From: a virus
Taxonomy: Duplodnaviria; Caudoviricetes
Length of the DNA: 63,634 nucleotides
Direction: 5' to 3' (one strand)
IMG/VR virus record: IMGVR_UViG_3300030109_005543
Location: 1-63,634 of that record
Shown here: positions 1-7,684 of the stretch, in pieces
Layout: the number at the start of each line of letters is the position of its first letter
How positions within the stretch are numbered: position 1 is the first letter of the stretch
Made by a program: the position numbers and the translations under genes
Notes under the pieces: generated by a model
The model's input: only the letters and a program-made list of their open reading frames with translations
Database searches by the model: none
What the model was told of the DNA's origin: nothing

Positions 1-417
1 TGTCAGAAGGGTTACAAGACGCACCCGACTCGCAAAACTAAGAAGATGTATGGCAAGACATACAGAAACTGCATCAAGGCCGAAGAAGGTAAGGATCCCA
101 AGACTGGAACTGGTAAGAAACCAAAGGGCTCTGGTCGTAGACTTTACACTGACGAGGATCCAAGCGATACAGTTTCTGTAAAGTTCCGAACTGTCCAGGA
201 TGTGAAGGATACATTATCAAAGAAATCTTTCAAGGCAAAATCTCACAAGCGTCAATCCCAGATTATTAATCTTATTCACCAGCGTGTGCGAGCAGCTCAC
301 AAAAACGCTAAGGATCCAAAAACAAAAGCAAGGCTGAAGAAAGTTCTTGACCATGCCGAAAAGAGAAAAGAAGCCTCTAAAGAAAAAACAAAACGTTTAC
401 AGAAGAAAAAAGACTAA
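1..417 (+). CDS. Lys-rich hypothetical phage protein, 5'-truncated by the window edge
   Basis: The frame is open from base 1 (CQKGYKTHPTRKTKKMYGKTYRNCIKAEE...). The CxKGY...NC motif resembles small repeats of large marine phage proteins. Confidence 0.7.
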   Translation, partial: CQKGYKTHPTRKTKKMYGKTYRNCIKAEEGKDPKTGTGKKPKGSGRRLYTDEDPSDTVSVKFRTVQDVKDTLSKKSFKAKSHKRQSQIINLIHQRVRAAHKNAKDPKTKARLKKVLDHAEKRKEASKEKTKRLQKKKD

Positions 418-420
418 TTA
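413..420 (+). promoter_or_regulatory. Putative phage late promoter motif ACTAATTA
   Basis: Member of the recurrent CTA(A/T)TTA family, just upstream of start 425. Confidence 0.45.
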
Positions 421-424
421 GCAT

Positions 425-1495
425 ATGGGAGATCTGAATATGTCCGTAACTGGTAAAATTATTAAACTCGTTGAAGAAGAGTTGAAAAACGAAAATGCGT
501 TAAGTAAAACACTTGATAGTGCAAAAAATGTTGCCAAAAAGCTTGGCAAAAACATAGGGGACGAAGTAGAGGATTTTGTGGATCGACCGGTGACCTACGC
601 GGCTGGAGAGGTCCTCAAAGATGGACCTGCTGCGGAGGCACTTAGAGCTGCTACAGATCTGTTTTTACGAATCGCTGAGTCGAAGATTAAAGACCTTCTT
701 GTTGAGAACGCCGACGATATTGCCTCGCAGGTTGTGCCAGATATTCCATTTGATGGCGATGTGATTGAAGGATTGATGCAGAGAAAATTTTCTGAAATTG
801 TTGTAGATCAAGCCGATGAGATTGCAGCTATGGTAGTTAGCATGCTCAAGGAGCGGTATCTATCCGCATTGTCATCTGATACCAATCTTCAGGAGGCCTT
901 GCACGAAGCAGTGGACCAGGGCGGCGATCCAGTAGAGGCCGCCGAAGACGCTATTGAAGCCATGGATGATACTGCTCAAGACAAAATCCTGAATACACTA
1001 CTTGCCAAGATAGGTACGGATGATCTACAGGAGGCCAAAGGCAATCCAGTGTTGAAGACACTCCTAAATCTCCCGGGTGGTCGAGATCTGGCTGCTATGT
1101 ATATGGCTATCAACGACCGTGCCACGCCCAAAAAGCTTCGAATCTTAGCTGCTTTTGCTATTCTTAACTTGATTTCTCCTGTTGATGCCGGCACACTCAT
1201 GGGCCTTGATTTCCTTGGACCTCTGGGAGCGCTTGACGATATTATTCTCTTACGCAGAATGTTTAAGAAGTTCGAGAAGGCTGGTCTACCCTCTGAGAAA
1301 CATCACGACAAATTGCAACTCGCTGCGGGTGAGGATCTAAGTCCAGAACGCTCTGCTGAACAGGAGCTTGAAAAAGCTAAAGATCTTGCTCAGGGCCGCG
1401 GCCGGGCTGCCGTCGCGCAAGATAAAATGAGAAAGTTAGAGGAGCACAAGATGGTCGACCTCAAAGAGTCCTTTGGCCGATTCTTGGTAAAATAG
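425..1495 (+). CDS. Acidic phage protein with an internal YkvA/DUF1232-like membrane domain
   Basis: AAFAILNLISPVDAG...LGPLGALDDIILL resembles the DUF1232 consensus YxxSPIDxxPD...GxxDD. Several L-x-E motifs are present. Confidence 0.65.
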   Translation: MGDLNMSVTGKIIKLVEEELKNENALSKTLDSAKNVAKKLGKNIGDEVEDFVDRPVTYAAGEVLKDGPAAEALRAATDLFLRIAESKIKDLLVENADDIASQVVPDIPFDGDVIEGLMQRKFSEIVVDQADEIAAMVVSMLKERYLSALSSDTNLQEALHEAVDQGGDPVEAAEDAIEAMDDTAQDKILNTLLAKIGTDDLQEAKGNPVLKTLLNLPGGRDLAAMYMAINDRATPKKLRILAAFAILNLISPVDAGTLMGLDFLGPLGALDDIILLRRMFKKFEKAGLPSEKHHDKLQLAAGEDLSPERSAEQELEKAKDLAQGRGRAAVAQDKMRKLEEHKMVDLKESFGRFLVK

Positions 1496-1499
1496 TAAA

Positions 1500-1964
1500 A
1501 TGAGTATAGATTATAAACAACTTGAATCAATGGTTAAAGAGGCCCTCGCCGGCGATGGTCCTGGCGGAGTTATGGCGCCGTCTGCACCCGAAGGTGTACC
1601 GCACCGAATGCCAGCAGCCGACACGGAAACACCGGAGCACGAAAGAGGTGACAAGGATGCCAACAAGATGTACGAGATCGCTCTGGAGGCCAGAGAGGCC
1701 GCTGAGAAGCTCGTAGAGGCTCTGGACGAGCCTATCTATGATGGCGCATATGAATACGCCTTCAAGGCCTCTGCGTGCCTTAGAAAGGCTCTCAACGCGC
1801 TGGAGCAAGCCGGTGCATATCCAATGCCCGACCAGCGAGTAGTCGCCCCACCTAAGAGCCAGCAGCCATATGGAACTGGTGGCTCTGGTGCTATGAATGC
1901 TTACAGCATGGGTTATGCTGATTTTGGCGCACTTGGCGCCGGCTTAGAAGAGGAGAAAAAGTAA
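1500..1964 (+). CDS. Hypothetical phage protein, probably head-associated
   Basis: 154-aa ORF with N-terminal QLESMVKEAL; its stop overlaps the next start (TAATG). Confidence 0.7.
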   Translation: MSIDYKQLESMVKEALAGDGPGGVMAPSAPEGVPHRMPAADTETPEHERGDKDANKMYEIALEAREAAEKLVEALDEPIYDGAYEYAFKASACLRKALNALEQAGAYPMPDQRVVAPPKSQQPYGTGGSGAMNAYSMGYADFGALGAGLEEEKK

Positions 1965-2290
1965 TGAAAATTTCAAAAAATGCTCTCAAACAGATGATCG
2001 CAGAAGAATTAAGCAAGTCCTCTTCTGTGTTGCTTGAGGCACCAGAGATCGACGAGGGTATGCATCAGGCGCCAGAGCACGATAAGGATCCTGATGGTTA
2101 CGAAGGTCACATGGCAAGGAAGTCGCTTTATCATATGGCGGCACAAGCACAGCAGCTTCATGACATGCTCCATGATGATGAGAATCTTGAGCCTTGGGTT
2201 CAAGCAAAAATTACAAAGGCAGCCGACTATATTGAGGCCGCCTTCAAATCAATTACCTATGAAAAAGGTCCAGGAAAGGGGAAACTATAA
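1964..2290 (+). CDS. Hypothetical protein of a type seen in T4-like marine phages
   Basis: MKISKNALKQMIAEEL N-terminus and an EGHMARKSL...LHDML.DDENLEPWVQAKITKAADY block. Confidence 0.75.
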   Translation: MKISKNALKQMIAEELSKSSSVLLEAPEIDEGMHQAPEHDKDPDGYEGHMARKSLYHMAAQAQQLHDMLHDDENLEPWVQAKITKAADYIEAAFKSITYEKGPGKGKL

Positions 2291-2505
2291 TGAATTGGGA
2301 TTGGGCACATTTTAAAGCTGAGGGGTACATCTCTCACCTCAGGCGATCTGCGAAGCTTTCTGGGCTTCTACTTCTCGCTGGACTCGCTATGATTGTTCAC
2401 ATGCTTGTGCCGTTTTGGCAGCAGCCAAGGTGGTTATCAGGCTATGGAGTCCGCGACACACTTGATACAGAGCTAAAGACACACCAGGAAGCGAACAAGG
2501 AGTGA
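2290..2505 (+). CDS. Small membrane protein, DUF6356-like
   Basis: H...YISHLR...LLLAGLAMIVHMLVPF pattern with one hydrophobic segment; coupled start. Confidence 0.6.
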   Translation: MNWDWAHFKAEGYISHLRRSAKLSGLLLLAGLAMIVHMLVPFWQQPRWLSGYGVRDTLDTELKTHQEANKE

Positions 2506-2509
2506 TTAG

Positions 2510-2830
2510 ATGCTGCGGAGAATTGTTAAGCTAGTATACGTTTTAGCTTTTCTGATTCTCGTAGATTTAACCGCAACTTTATTCTGGGTACAGAATGGAC
2601 TAGCAACAGAAGCAAATCCTATCATGGATTTCTTTTTGCAGGCCTCTCCAATCTTGTTCGTCCTGGCTAAGCTAGGACTTAGTGGTGCAGGAATTTGGAT
2701 CCTCTACTATTTTAGAAAAAGATTCAAGAAAAAAATCTTTGCTGCTCTTTTAGGTCTTAATCTTGTTTATATCGCCGTTTTTGTTTATCATTTATGGGGC
2801 GCTCTCTTTCTGTTATTTTCAACTAATTAA
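2510..2830 (+). CDS. Membrane protein, DUF5658-like
   Basis: Three hydrophobic helices with a D-x-x-x-T...EANP motif. Confidence 0.7.
   Translation: MLRRIVKLVYVLAFLILVDLTATLFWVQNGLATEANPIMDFFLQASPILFVLAKLGLSGAGIWILYYFRKRFKKKIFAALLGLNLVYIAVFVYHLWGALFLLFSTN
2822..2829 (+). promoter_or_regulatory. Putative phage late promoter motif ACTAATTA
   Basis: Just upstream of start 2837. Confidence 0.45.
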
Positions 2831-2836
2831 TAGACA

Positions 2837-3598
2837 ATGCACAAATGCGTGAATAATACAGTGGGAAACGTATATCATCTTGAACAGATGGTTGACAACT
2901 TCTTTCCATACTCTCAGGAAAAACTTGGCTTTGATAAGCCAGTTACCATTTATTTCCAAAGCGACCCGGATAACTCCAACAAAATGCTAGGGAAGACAGC
3001 GTACTATGATCCTGAGAATATGGACGTCGTTCTGTACGTTGACAATCGTCATCCCAAGGACATTATGAGATCTTTGTCCCACGAGCTTGTTCATCATGCA
3101 CAGAACTGTCGCGGTGATTTTACAAGCGATAGTCAAACACACGAAGGGTATGCCCAGAGTGATCCTCATCTTCGTAATATGGAGAAAGAGGCATATACCA
3201 AAGGAAATTTAATATTTAGGGACTTTGAAGACCTAATTAAGACAGGAAAAATTGACGTAGAGATTGATTTTTCAAAAACAGGAGAACCAAAAATGTCACT
3301 TAAAGAGTGGAAAAACAACACAATCAACCAGAAGTTGATGAAAAAATGGGGACTTCTTAACGAAGCTGCCAAGCCAGACTTTCTTGATCTTGACAAGGAT
3401 GGCGATAAAGAAGAGCCTATGAAGGACGCCGCAAAGGATGCCAAGGAGAAGGATCTCGACGAGGCACACTGTGGCCGCGAAGAGGACGAGATCGAGGAGG
3501 CTGTTGAGGAAACAGCAGCTCCAAGAATGATTTCCCTCAAGGAAGCCAAAGACATCACTCGCAGAATTCTTGCGAAAATCAAAGAGGAGACCAAGTAA
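2837..3598 (+). CDS. HExxH zinc metallopeptidase-like protein with an acidic C-terminal EF-hand-like module
   Basis: RSLSHELVHHAQ plus a downstream Glu (MEKEAY); C-terminal DLDKDGDKEE loop. Confidence 0.7.
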   Translation: MHKCVNNTVGNVYHLEQMVDNFFPYSQEKLGFDKPVTIYFQSDPDNSNKMLGKTAYYDPENMDVVLYVDNRHPKDIMRSLSHELVHHAQNCRGDFTSDSQTHEGYAQSDPHLRNMEKEAYTKGNLIFRDFEDLIKTGKIDVEIDFSKTGEPKMSLKEWKNNTINQKLMKKWGLLNEAAKPDFLDLDKDGDKEEPMKDAAKDAKEKDLDEAHCGREEDEIEEAVEETAAPRMISLKEAKDITRRILAKIKEETK

Positions 3599-3599
3599 A

Positions 3600-3869
3600 A
3601 TGGTTGCACCACACGTTAAAAGAAGAAGAAAGGCCGAAGCCGCAAAGAAAGCCGCAGAGGCAGCAAAGCGGGAAGAGGCAGCAGCAAAGCCTGCGCCCGC
3701 TCCAACGGCCGCACCAGCTCCAGCAGCACCAAAAGCCGCACCAGCACCAGCAGCGCCAAAGGCTGCTCCGGTAGGAATTAAGGCACATGTTGATGAGGCC
3801 GTTGCAGCAGCAGCCGCTAAGCCAACAACTGCAGAGGCAGCCCCTAAAAAGACCGCCGCAAAGAAGTAA
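3600..3869 (+). CDS. Ala/Pro/Lys-rich basic protein (histone H1/AlgP-like composition)
   Basis: ATG at 3600 with GAGGAG about 10 nt upstream; 89 aa with KRRRK and AAPAPAAPK repeats. Confidence 0.7.
   Translation: MVAPHVKRRRKAEAAKKAAEAAKREEAAAKPAPAPTAAPAPAAPKAAPAPAAPKAAPVGIKAHVDEAVAAAAAKPTTAEAAPKKTAAKK
3708..3761 (+). repeat. 27-nt imperfect tandem repeat (2 copies) encoding AAPAPAAPK
   Basis: GCCGCACCAGCTCCAGCAGCACCAAAA / GCCGCACCAGCACCAGCAGCGCCAAAG. Confidence 0.85.
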
Positions 3870-3875
3870 TGACGC

Positions 3876-4121
3876 ATGGACTTTCGCCGGTTAACACGCC
3901 AGTTCATCCTTAATGAAGGCAAAGGACCTAGTGTATCTAGCTATCTTCAATCTATCTCTGAGGTTCTCCAGAATATATCTCCGCGTAGCCGCACTGACGA
4001 GCGACGGATTGAAATGGCTAGGCAAAGTCTTAAAGAAGTTAGGCGTCACATGCGACGACTTCAGGAACGTGTAAATGTTCTTGAAGAGCAGGTTACTATC
4101 TTAGAAGAAAACAAGGAGTAG
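3876..4121 (+). CDS. Hypothetical coiled-coil protein
   Basis: 81-aa ORF with a heptad-like C-terminus (LQERVNVLEEQVTILEE). Confidence 0.7.
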   Translation: MDFRRLTRQFILNEGKGPSVSSYLQSISEVLQNISPRSRTDERRIEMARQSLKEVRRHMRRLQERVNVLEEQVTILEENKE

Positions 4122-4123
4122 AT

Positions 4124-6364
4124 ATGTCCCTTCTCGAAGAAGGTAAAGCCAATACTCACCTTACCCACCTTGAAGAGCTTGTTCTAACACAAGGTCAGAA
4201 AGGTTATGGTATGGCGCGAGCGTTCCTGCTTGAATTGTTGGAGGAGCTGAAGGGCAATACAGACTCTAAGGTTCAGACATCCGTTAAGTGGGATGGTGCG
4301 CCAGCAATATTTGCCGGACGTAATCCTGAGAATGGTAAGTTCTTTGTTGGCACCAAGTCTATTTTCAATAAAACTCCAAAGATCAATTATACAGCTGCAG
4401 ATATTAAGAAGAATCACGGCCATGCGCCCGGGCTCGTGGACAAGCTGACAAGAGCATTAGATGCCCTTCCAGCTCTAGGAATCTCCAAAATCCTTCAGGG
4501 TGATTTTATGTTTGATGATGAGATGTTGTCGACGACCAGTATTGACGGTGAGGCCCACTATGTTTTCAAGCCAAATACTATCACATACGCTGTGCCAGTT
4601 GACTCCGATTTGGGTAAGGAGATTGGCAATGCAAAGTTTGGAATTGTCTTTCATACAACATACGATAGCCTGGACAGTGGCGCTACCTTTGGCGCAGACG
4701 TCAGTGGACTAAGACAGTCTCCAGGAGTTTGGTTTGACGATGCCTTTTTCACCGATGATACAGGAACGGTTACACTAACCAACGAAGAAGAAGCTGCTGT
4801 TAAAAAGCTAGTTGATTCTGCAGATACTGTTAACAGTAATATTGATTACGATGGCTTGCCGGCAGACCTTTTAAATATCTATATTAATAGCGAGATTAAA
4901 GAGGGTGAGTTCTTAACTGATCCGGCAAAATCTTTTGAAGGATTCAAGAACTGGTATTCTGGACGCCTAGAGAAAAGAATTGGTAGCCTTAAATCCGATC
5001 GCGGGAGAATGCGCGCTGATCAGCAAGGCCAGAAGATGCTTAACCTGTTCGATGCGCGGCGCGATGATATACTAAATCTGTTTGCGGTGTCTAGACTCTT
5101 ATTTCAAGCAAAAAACATTTTTATTGACAAGTACAACAATGCTGTCTACAACACCAAGCACTTCATTGATGATGGCTCAGGCGATCTTGTCGCGAGTAAT
5201 CCAGAAGGTTACGTCGCTGTTGACAGAGAGGGCAATGGCGTTAAATTTGTGGATAGGTTGGAGTTCAGCAAAGCAAACTTTGCAGTCGATAAAGGCGCCA
5301 AGTTCCAGCAGACTGAGAGCCTCACAGTTTATTGGGGATCTGACGGTTTCTCTGTTACCAAGAATCTTTTGGAGTGGTCCCAGAATCTTCCCGTTGTTGA
5401 AAACAAGAATCAGGAACTCTACGAGAACCTTCTCGGCGGCGCTCCAATTACCTCTTTGGTTCGAGATGCTAAGCATGTAAAGATTGCACTGGCTGAGGCT
5501 GTTAACTGGGCCCTGAACGAGAGTTTGGGCGACATGGCTGTTGACGCTGCTGTTGGTACCCTCAAGAAGTTCGTTGGCAAGAAGATGCCGGGCATGAAGG
5601 ACACACTAAACCTGATAGAGCAAGAGCAAAAGAGAATAATCGCTATTTATCCTGGTAGGTTCCAGCCAATGGGGCAGCACCACTATCAAACATATAAAGC
5701 TCTGGCCGACAAGTTTGGCGTAGAAAATACCTTTATTGCTACATCAAACGTTGTGGATCCGACGAAAGGATCTCCTTTAAGTTTTAATGAGAAAAGACGT
5801 ATAGCTATAGAACATGGTGTTCCTGGGGATAAAATCATCCTAACCCGTAACCCATATCAGGCAACTGAAATCACAGATGGTTTTGATGCTGATAAAACGT
5901 CGGTGGTATTTGCCGTTGGTGGCAAGGATATGCGTGAGAGCCCGAGATTTGCAAATCTAGACGGTTTAACCAAAAAAGGGACCCCTGCATACTATAAGAC
6001 ATACAAACCAGGAGAAGAGCTTGTGGGGTTCGACAAGCATGGATATATCACAGTTGCTCCACACGTTGAGATTGAGATCCCTGGTTTTGGCGAAATGTCT
6101 GGTACAACTTTAAGAAAAGCTCTGAAGGGCGCGACTCGTGAAGACTTCGAGAAGATCATGGGATTTTATAATCAAGAAATATATGATATACTGCAAGGGA
6201 AACTTGAAGAGATGTCAGCTATGGCTGGTGGAGCCGTAGGAGGCTTCGCAGGACGAGCGCCTGATGTTGTGGGCTCCGAGAAGAAAAAGAAGAAGGTTCT
6301 CCCGGAAGATGAAGAGTTAGTTAATGAAGTAATGGACTATTTACTAGGAATATCGGTGGGATAA
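4124..6364 (+). CDS. DUF6267-like (ligase/capping-type nucleotidyltransferase fold) domain fused to a HIGH-superfamily nucleotidyltransferase domain
   Basis: N-terminal VKWDG, LQGDFM, EGYV and VKFV correspond to ligase motifs I, III, IV and V. C-terminal YPGRFQPMGQHH and MSGTTLR follow. Confidence 0.7.
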   Translation: MSLLEEGKANTHLTHLEELVLTQGQKGYGMARAFLLELLEELKGNTDSKVQTSVKWDGAPAIFAGRNPENGKFFVGTKSIFNKTPKINYTAADIKKNHGHAPGLVDKLTRALDALPALGISKILQGDFMFDDEMLSTTSIDGEAHYVFKPNTITYAVPVDSDLGKEIGNAKFGIVFHTTYDSLDSGATFGADVSGLRQSPGVWFDDAFFTDDTGTVTLTNEEEAAVKKLVDSADTVNSNIDYDGLPADLLNIYINSEIKEGEFLTDPAKSFEGFKNWYSGRLEKRIGSLKSDRGRMRADQQGQKMLNLFDARRDDILNLFAVSRLLFQAKNIFIDKYNNAVYNTKHFIDDGSGDLVASNPEGYVAVDREGNGVKFVDRLEFSKANFAVDKGAKFQQTESLTVYWGSDGFSVTKNLLEWSQNLPVVENKNQELYENLLGGAPITSLVRDAKHVKIALAEAVNWALNESLGDMAVDAAVGTLKKFVGKKMPGMKDTLNLIEQEQKRIIAIYPGRFQPMGQHHYQTYKALADKFGVENTFIATSNVVDPTKGSPLSFNEKRRIAIEHGVPGDKIILTRNPYQATEITDGFDADKTSVVFAVGGKDMRESPRFANLDGLTKKGTPAYYKTYKPGEELVGFDKHGYITVAPHVEIEIPGFGEMSGTTLRKALKGATREDFEKIMGFYNQEIYDILQGKLEEMSAMAGGAVGGFAGRAPDVVGSEKKKKKVLPEDEELVNEVMDYLLGISVG

Positions 6365-6366
6365 TA

Positions 6367-7209
6367 ATGATTGAACGTAAAGAATTTACAGAAGAGATAA
6401 TGCTCCGTGAGAATGTGCGCAAGGCCATTCAGCATGTTTTGAGCAAAAGAGATGCTAAACAGCGTAAAGACGAGAGTCAACTCAGAGGCCTGATTAAGAA
6501 CCTTCTTGAGGGACAATCTGCAGTTGCTGCTGTTGCCAAGCATGACAGCACTGGTATCAACACTCTAGAGGATCTCCTCAAGAATTCCAATATTCTCTCT
6601 GTTGTAGAAACTGGATATAAGTCCCTCACTACCGACAAGCAGCAGAGAGAATCGTACAAGAACCATATTCTAAACGCTGTCGAGAAGTCTCTGGCCCCTG
6701 AAGAGGAGCGAAAAGAGGCTGGTGCAGACGGTGAGCTAGATACTGTAGAGGAAGATATTGATATCTCCATCTCTGGTGACAAGCCAGAGGATGATCCGGC
6801 ATTTATCGACATTGAAGATAAGGAAGAGCCCGCAGAAGAGACTGATGAGCGTGACGACTTTGGCATTGCTGGAGAAGATAAGACTGGACGTAACAGAGCA
6901 TATGATGACTTCCGAGATATTGAGAAAAACATCTTAACTGCTTTTGATAATCTCGACAATCCAAAAGATATCTCCATGTTTGAGGAGTATCTTCTCAAAA
7001 ACCTAGCTCTATACTTCGATAAGTTTGAGAGCGAACTCCAAGTAAACGTCGACGAGCCTGCTGCGGCCGCTGACGCTGTTCCGGATGCAGATAAGCCTGC
7101 AGATGTACCCGGCGAAGAGTCAGACCCTGAGACCGATCTCCCAGAGTTTGAACTTGAAGAGGGTGCAGAAATTAACTTAGAGAGTTTAGTCGACAGTCTT
7201 TTAGAATAA
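6367..7209 (+). CDS. Highly acidic hypothetical protein (possible head core or scaffold-type)
   Basis: 280 aa, D/E-rich, with L-x-E motifs. Confidence 0.7.
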   Translation: MIERKEFTEEIMLRENVRKAIQHVLSKRDAKQRKDESQLRGLIKNLLEGQSAVAAVAKHDSTGINTLEDLLKNSNILSVVETGYKSLTTDKQQRESYKNHILNAVEKSLAPEEERKEAGADGELDTVEEDIDISISGDKPEDDPAFIDIEDKEEPAEETDERDDFGIAGEDKTGRNRAYDDFRDIEKNILTAFDNLDNPKDISMFEEYLLKNLALYFDKFESELQVNVDEPAAAADAVPDADKPADVPGEESDPETDLPEFELEEGAEINLESLVDSLLE

Positions 7210-7215
7210 AAATAT

Positions 7216-7554
7216 ATGTCAAACCCTAGTACAGAAAAGGGTTTTAGCAGAAACAAGTCATTATCCAACAAGCTTCGCAAAGAGGGCAAATCCTCTGAGT
7301 CGTTTGAGATAATGCTATCTGCATTAACCCTCGAAGAAGTTATAGGACTTAAGCTAGAATGCTCCATGCGACTCACTAATGGTAAGTTGTATGGCTTTAA
7401 CCTTTGGTCAAAAATAGTTAATATAGCTAAAGAAGCATTGTATAATGCTACTGTTAGTGTAGCTGATACGAATGTTGAAATAAGAAGGATCCTTGGAATT
7501 AACCAAAGTTCGCTTGTTGAGATGAAGAAGAAGTTCAACATAGACAGAGAATAA
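7216..7554 (+). CDS. Hypothetical protein with a C-terminal Fis-like helix-turn-helix
   Basis: TNVEIRRILGINQSSLVEMKKKFNI resembles the Fis HTH [25 protein letters not shown]. Confidence 0.55.
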   Translation: MSNPSTEKGFSRNKSLSNKLRKEGKSSESFEIMLSALTLEEVIGLKLECSMRLTNGKLYGFNLWSKIVNIAKEALYNATVSVADTNVEIRRILGINQSSLVEMKKKFNIDRE

Positions 7555-7593
7555 ACTATTCTACTTTCTGTGTCAAGCACTATTTTGTAAAAG

Positions 7594-7675
7594 GGGGGTG
7601 GTTTGGGTTTCGACTGGGATTAAAACCTGCAATGGCAGTCTCAGGACCACGGTTCGACTCCGTGCACCTCCACCA
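7594..7675 (+). ncRNA. ssrA-like: Mini-tmRNA: tRNA-like domain of tmRNA only, with no mRNA-like domain
   Basis: Acceptor stem GGGGGTG/CACCTCC with G3-U70, discriminator A and CCA. D-loop analogue GG-GTTTCGAC; helix 2a CTGGGATT/AGTCTCAG; GAC linker; T-arm CACGG-TTCGACT-CCGTG. Only 15 nt lie where the tag frame and pseudoknots normally are. Confidence 0.85.
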
Positions 7676-7684
7676 AAAAAACTT

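Noticed and set aside
3166-3922. Minus-strand ORFs of 148 and 208 aa
   Set aside because: These are antisense shadows of low-complexity + strand genes.
6477-7580. 367-aa minus-strand ORF
   Set aside because: It is a Ser-rich mirror of an acidic + strand gene with no motifs; all supported genes are on the + strand.
7598-7684. N-terminal extension of ORF 7598..7996
   Set aside because: It runs through the structured RNA; ATG 7685 is the plausible start.
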